Shown piece after piece: positions 50,802-61,134 of a DNA stretch of 64,000 bases (position 1 is its first letter; every line of letters begins with the position of its first letter). The DNA comes from Fibrobacteria bacterium (GTDB lineage Bacteria; Fibrobacterota; Chitinivibrionia; Chitinivibrionales; FEN-1185), in assembly GCA_037447435.1 (NCBI GenBank), contig JBBIGR010000004.1, positions 1 through 64,000 of the forward strand, given 5' to 3'. Both the position numbers and the translations under genes were made by a program. The notes below the pieces were generated by a model. The model ran no database searches. It worked only from the letters and a program-made list of their open reading frames with translations, and was not told the origin of the DNA.

Positions 50802-53800
50802 TTAGTTTACAAGTACAATCTGGTTCATGAAACTTTTCTTTTTACCCGATTCGTCTTCGACCACCAGAACCACGAAATAGCGTCCGCTTCTGCACAATTT
50901 TCTGCTTGACGGAGGAAACACGCGCGAATAAGAATCGGAGCCCACGGTCAAATCGTCCCACAGCGTTTCCCGGTCGGTCGCGCGCCCGTCCCACCAGAGG
51001 TTGTACTTTACAAGTTTCGTCGCATTTTGCATGACTACCGAGCACACCAAATCATTGACTACGGTATAAATTTTGAGGGAAACTTTCGTTATCTTTTGCC
51101 CGGGAACATCGGGAACGAAGGAAATACACGTTCCTTTCGGTGCATTTAATCCGAACATGGTACGCAAAGGCGTGTTGGCGAACTCATTGTCGGACGCACT
51201 CTTTAGCGGACAGAACGGATTTGGAAATACCGTCAAAGAGCTTTGCAGTTCTTTTGAAATCGCCAGTATTGCCCACCGTGAAAAGTGAGTGATATTCGCA
51301 CCGACGGCACTCTTGTCAAGCGACGTAACGGCATTGGCCACGGAAACCCATTTTAAGCTGTCTTCGTTCCAGTAGCCGAGTGTCAGCGTATTGCCCGTAT
51401 TGATTCCCTGCGGAACCGATAACGTCAAATGGATACTGTCCCCTGTTTGCAATTGAAACGGCGATCCGTTTAATTCCTTAATATCAAACAGGGTTCCGAC
51501 GGCCGTCATGTTTTTAGTCATCCTGGCCCGTTGGTTCTCTATGACCGGATTGAGTATCTGCAAAAGCGCCGGTTTGCCGTCGGCAACGACGCTGTCCGGG
51601 AATACGATCGTGCACCCGGTACCGGTTACGACCGTATCGGGATCCGGACTTGCCATAATCAAATGTTGAACTTCAAGACCGACCTGGGTTTTGCTTCCGA
51701 CGATATTCAAGTATTCTCCCGAAGAACTTCCGCTCGACGAAAGTATCCTGACAATACCGGCAAACTTTTTAGCAGGTTTAAATACTCCCGATGCGCTTAT
51801 CGTGCCCGCCATGTCTGGAATCACGCTCCACGTAGAACTGATCGCCAAAACACTGGAATCGATCGAAACTCCTTCGGCGCTGAATTCCGCTTTCGACAGC
51901 GACGATGTCGAGATGGCAAACCCGGCCTGCGGGTCTATCCGTTTCACGCGGATTCGCGCCATTTTCTTTCCGGAGCCCTTGACAAAGACGGAACCGTCGC
52001 TGTTCGGTATGCGGTTCAAATCGACAAGCACTTTCGAATTATCGACAACAGCGCGTACTTTTACCGGCTTTGGCGTTGCGAAGCTTGGCGTCGTCAATAG
52101 TGCCGTATTCCCTTTCGACTCCAATTTGCAACCATAGGAAGAGTCGGCAAATCGCCAGGTGACCGCCGTGCTGTCGAGACCCGACGGCGCAAACTGCGAA
52201 CCATAATACCCTTTGACCGTAAAAGTCATACTGTATTCCGACGGTAAAATCATTGTATCGGACGATGCCGGCAGAATTTCTATTTTTGTCAACTTCGTCA
52301 TATCCGGCGGAACATACGCGGTAAACGTTTCCTGGGTATAGCCGTAGATATCGGCATTTTTAAATGCCTTGAAATAATAGGCAAGCGTACTGCCGTCTTT
52401 GGGCGCTTTAATTTTAAACGTATATGCCGTCAACGAATTCTTGATCTTTACCGAATCAAAACCCAATGCGCCGATGTCGCGGTAATAGCAAACGGCCGAA
52501 TCAAGAACATAGTCCGCCCGCATCGTAAGCGTCAAGGTATCATGCGAAATGCGAATCGTATCTTTAGTCGTATTGAATACCGCGCTTACGACCGAATCGA
52601 TGCGGAACGTATCGGAATTCAACACCGTAAAAGAATGATGCGAAAGATCGATAATGGAATCCGCGACGCCGTCAACGGCAACGATATAGGTTCCTGCGCC
52701 GGCATTTTTAAGGGTGTCGGTCACGACGAGGTTTTTCTGCAACGGCGATTGGACTTTTACCGTGGCGGTTTTGTCGGCACCTTTGTTAATGACCCATTGT
52801 ATCGATTTTTTACCGGGACTCATGTATACCACGAGATTTTCGGCATCGCTTCTGCCTTCGATCGTCGTTTTTCCGCTCGAAACGAATATCGTATCGCTTT
52901 TGACAATAGAATCGGTAACATAGCCGTCCGCACCCGCCGTCAGGCGAAAGCTTCCATTGAGTAAATTCCGCATTTCGAAATAACCGTTGCCCTGGCTTTT
53001 TGCAAATGCAACAACCTGATTGCCCGCAGATGAAACCAAACTGACCGTGGCGTTGGGAATCGGCGTAGCATTGGAACTTACCAGAACATTTCCATATAAC
53101 ATGCCCAATCCCGTCAAGGTATCATACACGTTGACCGTGCTCCCGCCCTTAATCGTATCGGCGAGAAACTTGCCGTGAGAAACATATCCCTGGCAATTCG
53201 AAATCATTTTATACATTTTGCCGCCCGGAACGCTTATCCTGAAATCGCCGTACGTTGCTCCTGAAATCGCGGAGAACGTATCCGCGTTTGCGATGGTAGT
53301 ATCGGTAAACTTAACCGTGGCATTGATGATCGGACCGAATGTTTGCTTGCTGCCGATCCACGATCGGCCATAAACATATCCGGTTATCAATGCTGCGCCG
53401 GCCGACATCGTCACGGTCTGCTGCATGGAGCCCGATACGTTTATCACTTTTGTATAGGTGGCAAAACCGACCTTGGTCGCATACAACGTATAGGTACCGG
53501 GGCTCACGGAAAACGAAAATGTGCCGTCCTGCGACGTCGAGGGATTTTCTCCGATAACGACGCCGCCGTTAAGAATTTGCACATCCGCTCCAATCAGCGG
53601 ATCGTTCGTGGCATTCTTTACGACGCCGGAAACGGTAAACGGTTGAGTGGCGAGAACGGTCACCGGCAGGTTTTTATTCTCTCCAAACGCAACTGTTACC
53701 TTTGTCGGCAACGATGAAACATAGCCCGTCTTTTGGGCGGATAAAACCCAGTCTGCGGCATAACAGTTGACAATGTAACTTCCCTGGGCGTCGGTGTGGC

Positions 53801-55451
53801 TTATGACGGTATCGTTTCGTTCCGACACCGCGGTTATCGTTGCGTAATTGATGCCGACAGTGGCCTGATCGGTAATTTTCCCGAACATTGTAGACGATGG
53901 GCGCGTGAGAAAAAAGGTTTCCTCATCGGTTTTAGCCGAATCGAGCGTAATGGTGCGCACGAGTTGGTCGAACCCGTCTTTGATGGCCGTCACCCTATAG
54001 GTACCTTTTGGTCTGTCGCGGGAAAGGTTTCCTGCAGTGTCCGTATAAAACAATAACGGGGCTTCTTTCGATCCGCTCAGAACTTCGACCTGCATTTTGA
54101 CCAGCGGCACCCGTGTTACAATTGTGTCAAGATGCGAGCCGTTGACGGTTTGCGTGGTCGTAATGATTTTTTCATTAGTATAAAGCACCATGGTTCCCAT
54201 TGCCGGCGCATTATAATGGAAGCCTGCAGTATCCGAAGCCGTACTTGCGCCTTTGTCGTCTACGGCGAATACTTTCCACGAGTAATCGTTATTGGTCAGA
54301 ATCGAGCGGGCGTTGATTGAAACGAATCCGGTATCCGAGGCTTCGACGATTCCGTTTTTACCGCCGAAGTTGCCCGCAGTCACTTCGTTTTGCCAAACCA
54401 CCAGTTTTGCCTGGGTGCCTCCGGACGAATACGACATGTAAACATACACCTGATACGTGTTTGCTTTGGGGTCAAGGTTGCTCCATTTGAACGTGATAAC
54501 GCTGTCATTTTGATACGACAAGGTGTCCCGTTTCGGTGAAAGCGGGACTGGTTTCGCAAGAGGAGTACCTTGAATGGTGAACTGTTGCGGCAAACCGACT
54601 TTCGTTGACGTATAAGCCGGTTGATTTCCATAATTATTGAGAACCATCCACGAATACGTCTGTTTCGGAGATAGCGGCGGCGGGCTGGCCGTTATGGTTC
54701 CCGACGGGTCGGGCGCTCCGTAAACGATTTGCGTGTTCGGTGTAATTGCTTGCCAAATAATGCTGAGTCCTGAAATGCTCGTTCCGCCGGTGGTATCGAT
54801 TTTTAAAGGTTCATCCGAGAGGATAATGTGATAATATGGAACCCCGGGATTGGTTTGCCAGTTGAATGTCGGCGTCAATTGCGTAATGTCGCCGGTAGGA
54901 CCTATCGGCTTGGTGGCATTCGGAGATTCCACTATCATTTGCAATTCATTTGAGAACAAGGTGGTATCTTTACCGAGCAATCGCGTTTTAAATCCAACCA
55001 TATAATAAAACACGCCTGCATCCATTCCTGTCTGGTCCATAGGCCTGAATCGAATGCCGCGCATCGGAGGCGTACCGCCCAGAAAAACATTGTCCTGCAC
55101 TTGGATTGTTCCGTTGGCCTGGGAGTCTATACAAAATTTTGTGACCTTATAATGATAGTTTTCTATTTTCGAGCCGCCCGGCGACTTGTCAAAATATAAA
55201 ACTCCGGAATCAGGCGCATTATACGTCGGCCCGGTAATCGGGATGCTCGGTCTGGCTATGCCGGTCCATTTAATCCAGATTTTGCTGTCCGGCGATGACG
55301 CTGCCAGTGGAAATTCCGTCAGTACATATGGCGTAGATTGCCCCATTACAGTCAATGCCGCAACGAGCAGAATGAAAAGCGCACAAAACCGTTTGCTTGT
55401 CATTGCCTTGTCCTTTCGAAAGCCATCGTTATATTTCATATATTTCCTCAT
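50802..55451 (-). CDS. Large secreted beta-sandwich protein with carboxypeptidase-regulatory-like repeats and C-terminal FlgD/T9SS-like sorting domain
   Basis: Repeated G-x-V...A-x-V...T/D-x-x-G-x-Y/F...K-x-GY units; ITHFSRWA; VFPNPF...WDGR...SGRYFVVL. Start probably 55403. Confidence 0.8.
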   Translation of the reverse strand: MRKYMKYNDGFRKDKAMTSKRFCALFILLVAALTVMGQSTPYVLTEFPLAASSPDSKIWIKWTGIARPSIPITGPTYNAPDSGVLYFDKSPGGSKIENYHYKVTKFCIDSQANGTIQVQDNVFLGGTPPMRGIRFRPMDQTGMDAGVFYYMVGFKTRLLGKDTTLFSNELQMIVESPNATKPIGPTGDITQLTPTFNWQTNPGVPYYHIILSDEPLKIDTTGGTSISGLSIIWQAITPNTQIVYGAPDPSGTITASPPPLSPKQTYSWMVLNNYGNQPAYTSTKVGLPQQFTIQGTPLAKPVPLSPKRDTLSYQNDSVITFKWSNLDPKANTYQVYVYMSYSSGGTQAKLVVWQNEVTAGNFGGKNGIVEASDTGFVSINARSILTNNDYSWKVFAVDDKGASTASDTAGFHYNAPAMGTMVLYTNEKIITTTQTVNGSHLDTIVTRVPLVKMQVEVLSGSKEAPLLFYTDTAGNLSRDRPKGTYRVTAIKDGFDQLVRTITLDSAKTDEETFFLTRPSSTMFGKITDQATVGINYATITAVSERNDTVISHTDAQGSYIVNCYAADWVLSAQKTGYVSSLPTKVTVAFGENKNLPVTVLATQPFTVSGVVKNATNDPLIGADVQILNGGVVIGENPSTSQDGTFSFSVSPGTYTLYATKVGFATYTKVINVSGSMQQTVTMSAGAALITGYVYGRSWIGSKQTFGPIINATVKFTDTTIANADTFSAISGATYGDFRISVPGGKMYKMISNCQGYVSHGKFLADTIKGGSTVNVYDTLTGLGMLYGNVLVSSNATPIPNATVSLVSSAGNQVVAFAKSQGNGYFEMRNLLNGSFRLTAGADGYVTDSIVKSDTIFVSSGKTTIEGRSDAENLVVYMSPGKKSIQWVINKGADKTATVKVQSPLQKNLVVTDTLKNAGAGTYIVAVDGVADSIIDLSHHSFTVLNSDTFRIDSVVSAVFNTTKDTIRISHDTLTLTMRADYVLDSAVCYYRDIGALGFDSVKIKNSLTAYTFKIKAPKDGSTLAYYFKAFKNADIYGYTQETFTAYVPPDMTKLTKIEILPASSDTMILPSEYSMTFTVKGYYGSQFAPSGLDSTAVTWRFADSSYGCKLESKGNTALLTTPSFATPKPVKVRAVVDNSKVLVDLNRIPNSDGSVFVKGSGKKMARIRVKRIDPQAGFAISTSSLSKAEFSAEGVSIDSSVLAISSTWSVIPDMAGTISASGVFKPAKKFAGIVRILSSSGSSSGEYLNIVGSKTQVGLEVQHLIMASPDPDTVVTGTGCTIVFPDSVVADGKPALLQILNPVIENQRARMTKNMTAVGTLFDIKELNGSPFQLQTGDSIHLTLSVPQGINTGNTLTLGYWNEDSLKWVSVANAVTSLDKSAVGANITHFSRWAILAISKELQSSLTVFPNPFCPLKSASDNEFANTPLRTMFGLNAPKGTCISFVPDVPGQKITKVSLKIYTVVNDLVCSVVMQNATKLVKYNLWWDGRATDRETLWDDLTVGSDSYSRVFPPSSRKLCRSGRYFVVLVVEDESGKKKSFMNQIVLVN

Positions 55452-55489
55452 AATCCTGTTTTCAAGTTTGTTGAGTTATTTATGTACCT

Positions 55490-56980
55490 TTAAAAATGAT
55501 AAATCATACCGACTTTAAATGCGGGAAGCGGCAATAAATCAAGATCAAATCCGAGTTGCGTTTTCGAACCCAGCATTGCGCCGAGGTTTAAAATCGGAAG
55601 CATCGCGTTTTCTCCCATGGTCATCCAGGACAATGTTTTGTTCTGTTTAATGGCCTTGCCGATAATATGTGACTCATCGTTTATCCTCATGTCAAAGGCA
55701 AAAACTCCCAGATTCAGAAATGCATTATAAAAATTGCAGTTCAACATCATTATATTGTCGACCGTAATCGCCGCATCAAGATCAACGATCCGTTTGTCGG
55801 GATTGTTCGGATCGTGCGGATTTGCCGCATGATAGGCCTCTATATCGCCGAATATTTTCGTGTATGACAACGATACCTTGTCGCGTATGAGGTCTAACGA
55901 GATTGTGTGGGCTTGCGGTAATTTCCAGCGTGCGTCATCGTTGGAACTATAAATGACGCTGTCCACCTTTTGCTGCTGAAAATTGTCCAGCATCGACAGC
56001 AGTTTCGTGGGATCATTGACATCCAGGGATGGTTGGAACGTTTTTTTATCGATAAAAAACGGCAGGTAATATTTAGCAACCATGCTCCCTTTTGCTTTGG
56101 TATCGACTCCGAAACGGGATGTCAACGTCAACAGCCAAAATTTAATGCCTGCGGAACCGGACCATGCCTCCGCTTCAAAATGACCGTTGGCCTGGCCGTA
56201 TGCTTTCGACGACGGGTAATCGATCGGCTGGTTCTTAATATCCGCGGATCCGCCGATCCCTCCTCCGCCGCCGCTTGCGCCGGAATTTTGCGACACGCTG
56301 AATTGCCCGAGCATGTCCACATCTACTTTCGCAAGTAAATCGAACCGGAAAACATGACGCATGAGATTTACGGCAAGCACCAGATCCTTATTGACTTTAT
56401 AGGCGTATCCGAAAGTCATGGTTTCCCAGCCCAAATTCGCTTCAATCGGCACGTTAACGGCTCCCAGCAAAAGAAGCGACACGTCCGACTTGCTGCCGTT
56501 GCTCGAAATGGTCGTATCATATCCTAAACGTAAATCAGTATTGCCGAGCGTGGTGAGATAATTCAAATACACGTTTTGCACATAGGCAAAGGAGGCAACG
56601 CCGCCAAGCATGGGAACATCGACACGTATGGTCGTGTTCGGCGATTGGGCCGCACTTGCCTGGGGCTGAAACGCCTGGCCTTGAGAAGGGTCCTGGTTCA
56701 TTTGTTTTGAAATTTGTTGCCAAAGGTCGTCGCCGGTACTTTTCGGAATCAAGCTTCCGGATTCAAGCGGAAAATTAAACGCGCCATACCCCTTTGCATA
56801 ATCGAAAGACACGTCGGTGGGCGGCCGTAGGATATCGTAATTAAATCCTATCGTTAATTTGGCATTGAAACTGGGAGGAGTGAGACTCGGCGACATTCCG
56901 GCCGGCAAATTGCTGTCTGCCGCGTTCAGTGAACAGACAAACATAACGGCCAAAATTCCTGCAACTATCTTTGTTCTCAT
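55490..56980 (-). CDS. Outer-membrane beta-barrel protein
   Basis: Signal peptide ending LNA, amphipathic strands, C-terminal YHF. Confidence 0.7.
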   Translation of the reverse strand: MRTKIVAGILAVMFVCSLNAADSNLPAGMSPSLTPPSFNAKLTIGFNYDILRPPTDVSFDYAKGYGAFNFPLESGSLIPKSTGDDLWQQISKQMNQDPSQGQAFQPQASAAQSPNTTIRVDVPMLGGVASFAYVQNVYLNYLTTLGNTDLRLGYDTTISSNGSKSDVSLLLLGAVNVPIEANLGWETMTFGYAYKVNKDLVLAVNLMRHVFRFDLLAKVDVDMLGQFSVSQNSGASGGGGGIGGSADIKNQPIDYPSSKAYGQANGHFEAEAWSGSAGIKFWLLTLTSRFGVDTKAKGSMVAKYYLPFFIDKKTFQPSLDVNDPTKLLSMLDNFQQQKVDSVIYSSNDDARWKLPQAHTISLDLIRDKVSLSYTKIFGDIEAYHAANPHDPNNPDKRIVDLDAAITVDNIMMLNCNFYNAFLNLGVFAFDMRINDESHIIGKAIKQNKTLSWMTMGENAMLPILNLGAMLGSKTQLGFDLDLLPLPAFKVGMIYHF

Positions 56981-57162
56981 TGATAACCACCTTCTGAGGA
57001 ATGGCTATACTTTTAGGAAATGTATCATCCATTGCAAAAAAAGCCAATGAACGATGGTAAAATTTTATCGACAAAGTTATTATATCCACCACGGAATATT
57101 TAAGTCAAGGTAAAAAGTCTGGGTATTTCATCGGCGCGATACGACCAAAGCGGATTTGCCTA

Positions 57163-58605
57163 TTAAAATGAGTAGGAAATAGCGGCCATACATTCATTAT
57201 TCTTGGTCGAAACGGCATTAAGCCGGGACGACGCCTTCGCATAGAGCAAACAAACGCCGATGGACACTTTTGCCCTCTCGAAAGCAAGCCAGGAAATCTG
57301 GGGTCGCCCCCAAACACAGAATGAATTTTTTATATCCCTGAAATTGCCGAGGCCGCAATACAGCCCAAGCGGAGAAAACACGACTTTTTTATCATATAGA
57401 AACCAGTCCAGTGATGTCGAGAAATAATTCCCGACATTCCCGTCGCGCTCATTGTCCAGACCGTGAATAAACTGTAATGTGCAATAGAGGTCCTGATAAA
57501 AAAGGTAATCCAATCCAGCAACGAACTTGCAATAAGGCACTGTACGCTGTGCCGAGGTCGTGCCGAATAACTCGTTTATTAGGGAGCCCTTATCAACGTT
57601 GCCGGTATATTGCGGGCTTAAATCCAAATCGTACAAAACGTTTTGTTCGGGAATTAATAGCGCCGCTTCCGCCCATATTCCAAGTTTCCCGATCGCGGAA
57701 GCGCAATCGAAACCAAGCAGGTGTAACCGGGGAAAAACCTCCCCTATTTTTTTTATTCGAACCAGGGAATCGTTGCTCTGCACAATGGTGGAAACCAGCA
57801 TTCGATTTGGAACGCCGTTATTCTCGATAAATACGCTTTTTATCAACGGAAAATGGTCTTTACAATAGGCATAGCTGAGGGAAAACTGAACATCGTAAAT
57901 TCTGCCGTGAAATCGAAGACCGGCGGAACAGTCGTTTTGGAGAGAATAATCCGCTTCAAGATTCGTGTCGGGGATATTTTCGACAACCGTTGCCCCCACA
58001 GCTCCCAATTCAGGTAAAAACGCGGGTGCGAATTTCCCAAACGGCACGATTGCTTTTTGATTATCGATAGCCACAATCAGCGATAACCCGTATCTACCGA
58101 AACTATAATCAAATTTCAGGCAATCGGCGCCGATTCGGGGCCCATAATTAAAAAAATCCTGCCAATCGGGCACGTCCCAAACATCCGTCGGATTGCACGA
58201 AATCGCCGTACCCCAATTTATTTGCTGGCGCCCAAAGCTCAGCGTAAGCCCGGGACGTACGAAATCGTTTATTTCTACGGCAGCCTCGGCCACCGTGCAT
58301 TGGTTTACATATTCCGTGGGCAACGATCCGCTTTTTATCTTTTGACTATCATTTGCAAAAGATAGCATCCTCAAGGTGCCCGTCGCATAGGCGCGGGCTT
58401 TTTCAAACATAAACATTTCAACCGACGCATCGAGCCCATACTCCTGCCAGGACCAGTCATATTCTTTTTGCAAGGCAACTCTGTCGTTCAGGAATACGCC
58501 CCCCTCCCATTTCACCGAAATCGGGGGTTGTAACGAAACGCAAGGTACCGATTTCAAAAGGACCGCCAGGACCAGCGCCGAGGAGATTAGGATTTTTTTT
58601 TGCAT
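57163..58605 (-). CDS. Outer-membrane beta-barrel protein (DUF1302-like)
   Basis: GRQQINWG...NPTD, IWAE, GLDY, terminal YSF. Start reassigned to 58605. Confidence 0.72.
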   Translation of the reverse strand: MQKKILISSALVLAVLLKSVPCVSLQPPISVKWEGGVFLNDRVALQKEYDWSWQEYGLDASVEMFMFEKARAYATGTLRMLSFANDSQKIKSGSLPTEYVNQCTVAEAAVEINDFVRPGLTLSFGRQQINWGTAISCNPTDVWDVPDWQDFFNYGPRIGADCLKFDYSFGRYGLSLIVAIDNQKAIVPFGKFAPAFLPELGAVGATVVENIPDTNLEADYSLQNDCSAGLRFHGRIYDVQFSLSYAYCKDHFPLIKSVFIENNGVPNRMLVSTIVQSNDSLVRIKKIGEVFPRLHLLGFDCASAIGKLGIWAEAALLIPEQNVLYDLDLSPQYTGNVDKGSLINELFGTTSAQRTVPYCKFVAGLDYLFYQDLYCTLQFIHGLDNERDGNVGNYFSTSLDWFLYDKKVVFSPLGLYCGLGNFRDIKNSFCVWGRPQISWLAFERAKVSIGVCLLYAKASSRLNAVSTKNNECMAAISYSF

Positions 58606-58664
58606 GAGCGATAATATAATAATATTTGCAGCACCGGATTTTACATTTGAATTATTTTTTATCC

Positions 58665-59162
58665 ATGTTTGATTACGATAAAAACGAGCATTTGCGGGAA
58701 ATTTTTGCAAAAACCAATATAGTAAGAAAACCGATATCGGGAATTGTATCCGGGTATCACGAACTTCCTTATATTCTGGTTGCACCAAGCGAAGAAAATG
58801 AACAAACCACCGTTGAAATAAACGGTAAAATAAATGTCTCGCCGAAATTCATTATTTCCGCAAATATGCTTTCCGAATCATTCGGCGACGTCTTTGATCC
58901 CGAAACATTCGACCAGGAAATTCAAGGCCGTTTTTTTTCTTTTGCCTATGGGCAGAGGAAAAATTTAAAAGTGGAAAATGAATATTTCACTATAAAGAAT
59001 TATGATGAAGGTCCCGAAGAACATATTAATAGGGTCAACGACGAACTCAGCATGCAGGAAAACATAAAGACCGGGCTGATTTTTGGGCCAAGATTCAAAT
59101 TTTATCCTGTTTCGATAGATAAATTTATTAACGAAATAATCGAACGGGAATTTCGCATCTGA
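58665..59162 (+). CDS. Hypothetical protein
   Basis: 165-aa ORF with plausible composition; start reassigned to ATG 58665. Confidence 0.75.
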   Translation: MFDYDKNEHLREIFAKTNIVRKPISGIVSGYHELPYILVAPSEENEQTTVEINGKINVSPKFIISANMLSESFGDVFDPETFDQEIQGRFFSFAYGQRKNLKVENEYFTIKNYDEGPEEHINRVNDELSMQENIKTGLIFGPRFKFYPVSIDKFINEIIEREFRI

Positions 59163-59237
59163 GATAGTTAAACCTGGCAAAAAGTACTGCTCTCATTGTA
59201 TACTGGAATTACAATCGGTATTAAAAAGGCGGCATCT

Positions 59238-59444
59238 ATGTACGAAAAGCCACAATATCTGACAGGTGACGGATTTAAACGCCTGGATAAAAACCCTCAT
59301 AAAGATCGTTCCATCACCTATAAACTGATTCCAAAAAAAACGTCGGTACCGGCAATCAGTGCGCAACGCCCTCAAAAAGGTATTCATCTTTCCGAGGAAG
59401 CAGCCAAAGCAATTGCAATGGCAATAAAAGGCATGCTTAAATAA
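59238..59444 (+). CDS. Small basic hypothetical protein
   Basis: AAGGCGG upstream of ATG; C-terminal helix SEEAAKAIAMAIKGMLK; 3 nt before the next gene. Confidence 0.6.
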   Translation: MYEKPQYLTGDGFKRLDKNPHKDRSITYKLIPKKTSVPAISAQRPQKGIHLSEEAAKAIAMAIKGMLK

Positions 59445-59447
59445 GCC

Positions 59448-59903
59448 ATGTGGATATTGGGATTTTATCGGGCCTACCTGTCTTTCTGCATCGGCATCAT
59501 TCTGTATATTCTCGTTTTAAAGTCAATCTGGTTGCTTTTAGCAAGCATGATTCTTGCCCGTATCGGATGGTATTGTATCGAGCGACAAATAAATCACTTC
59601 GCCATAAATCGGGATTTTCGCACTCACATCTATCGTTTCAAACAAAACCTTGGCCCCTATGGAATTCGTCTTGCCAATAAAGCGGAAACCGATTGGCAGG
59701 TAAAAAAAAGCCTTTCCGAAGTTTTCACGGCAAATCGCAACAAACTTAAAAAACATGTCGAGCAATTGCAAATGATGGACACGTTGTTTAAGGCCGGCAT
59801 ACAACCCGACGGCGATGCCTATCAACTGCACGATTGTAAACTTGCATACGGGAAATTCAGGTTGGAGAACCCCGAACGACCCGAATCAGATAGGGGCTGC
59901 TGA
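59448..59903 (+). CDS. Hypothetical membrane protein
   Basis: N-terminal hydrophobic segments followed by a helical soluble tail. Confidence 0.7.
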   Translation: MWILGFYRAYLSFCIGIILYILVLKSIWLLLASMILARIGWYCIERQINHFAINRDFRTHIYRFKQNLGPYGIRLANKAETDWQVKKSLSEVFTANRNKLKKHVEQLQMMDTLFKAGIQPDGDAYQLHDCKLAYGKFRLENPERPESDRGC

Positions 59904-59915
59904 GGGTACATTGGA

Positions 59916-59945
59916 AAAGGCCCCCGATTTTCATCGGAGGCCTTT
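59916..59945. terminator. Probable bidirectional terminator
   Basis: AAAGGCCcCCGAT-TTTC-ATCGGaGGCCTTT between convergent genes. Confidence 0.7.
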
Positions 59946-59972
59946 GCGGCAATTCAAGCTTGGAAGGTATTA

Positions 59973-60971
59973 TTATTTTCCGGGCACGGGCGCAAAATCG
60001 AACGGCGCCTTTAGTGTGGTATCGGCATAAAAAATCTTTGCATTCGCAATAAGCCCGTCTACGAATTTCTTCACCACGTCATTTTGCTTCTTAAGGCCGA
60101 GCATGTTTTTAATCTGACCTTCTACTTTATCAAAAGTCTGCGGCGGTTGTTGTTCTTCGCCCGTTTTTTTGATGATATGGTAACCGACCTTCGATTGGAA
60201 AACATCGCTCACCTGATTCAACGCAAGAGGCATGACCGCAGCGTCGAATTCGGGCATCAAATCGCCCCGTTTGAACCATCCGATGTCCCCGCCGCTGGTT
60301 GCGGCGGCCGGGTCTTGGGAGTTTTTCTTTGCCAGAGCGGCAAAGTCTTTTCCGGCTTTGGCTTCAGCCAGCACTTTTTGCGCCTTGTCCAGTACCGCTT
60401 TTTTCTGATCGGCGGTGGCATCGGGCTTCACAATAAATAAAATTTGACTAGCACGGAATTTCTTTTCGGAAACGAATTTGGTGCTGTTGCTGTCGTAATA
60501 CGCTTTGCATTCCTTCTGCGTCACGGAATCACCCGGTTTTACCAGGGTTTTAATGAGGGAATCGACCATCAGGCCTTCCCTGATTTGGTTTTTCATGTCG
60601 TTTTCCGTTTGTCCCATTTTAGCAAGTTCTTTGGCCAAAGTTGCGGAATCGGGAAATTGCTTCTTAATATTCTCAAAAGTCATTTTAAACTTTTCCTCGG
60701 AATACCCGGTTTTCCGTTTTTTCGCTTCCTGTAAAACCACTTCGTTCGCGATGAGTTGTTTGGCTATGTTTTGCTTGATATCCGGAGGCAACCCCTGTAA
60801 CGCTTTATCGGGATACGCCCGTGACATTTGCTCCCGGTACATGTCCATGATCCGGTCGATTTGCGTTGCTTTAATCCAATTCCCGTTGACCCGGATAGCC
60901 CCGTCTTTCGGCACGTTTTCCTTGGCACAACACACCATAAGAAGCAGAAGAACCATTACCGCCTTTTTCAT
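59973..60971 (-). CDS. Parvulin-type peptidyl-prolyl isomerase (SurA/PrsA-like)
   Basis: SurA_N-like helices; ASQIL, FAALAKKNSQD, GGDIGWF, GYHII. Confidence 0.92.
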   Translation of the reverse strand: MKKAVMVLLLLMVCCAKENVPKDGAIRVNGNWIKATQIDRIMDMYREQMSRAYPDKALQGLPPDIKQNIAKQLIANEVVLQEAKKRKTGYSEEKFKMTFENIKKQFPDSATLAKELAKMGQTENDMKNQIREGLMVDSLIKTLVKPGDSVTQKECKAYYDSNSTKFVSEKKFRASQILFIVKPDATADQKKAVLDKAQKVLAEAKAGKDFAALAKKNSQDPAAATSGGDIGWFKRGDLMPEFDAAVMPLALNQVSDVFQSKVGYHIIKKTGEEQQPPQTFDKVEGQIKNMLGLKKQNDVVKKFVDGLIANAKIFYADTTLKAPFDFAPVPGK

Positions 60972-61134
60972 AGCAAAACCTTTCCTGTTTAATGCACAAA
61001 TTTGACAATAAATAATTTACACGATTATAATACGGCCCGTCGGCGCATTGCCAATATATATCATTCCACTAAAGCATCCTCTTAAATTATCGCTTTTGCG
61101 GATAAAAACCGGGGAGAAACGACAGTGCGGGCGA

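Noticed and set aside
57032..57047. Sigma54 promoter TTGGC-T7-GCAA upstream of the barrel gene
   Set aside because: GG-to-GC spacing is 8 nt, not the required 10.
58606..58788. Overlap of the 541-aa - ORF with the 178-aa + ORF
   Set aside because: Resolved by starts at 58605 (-) and 58665 (+), leaving an ordinary divergent gap.
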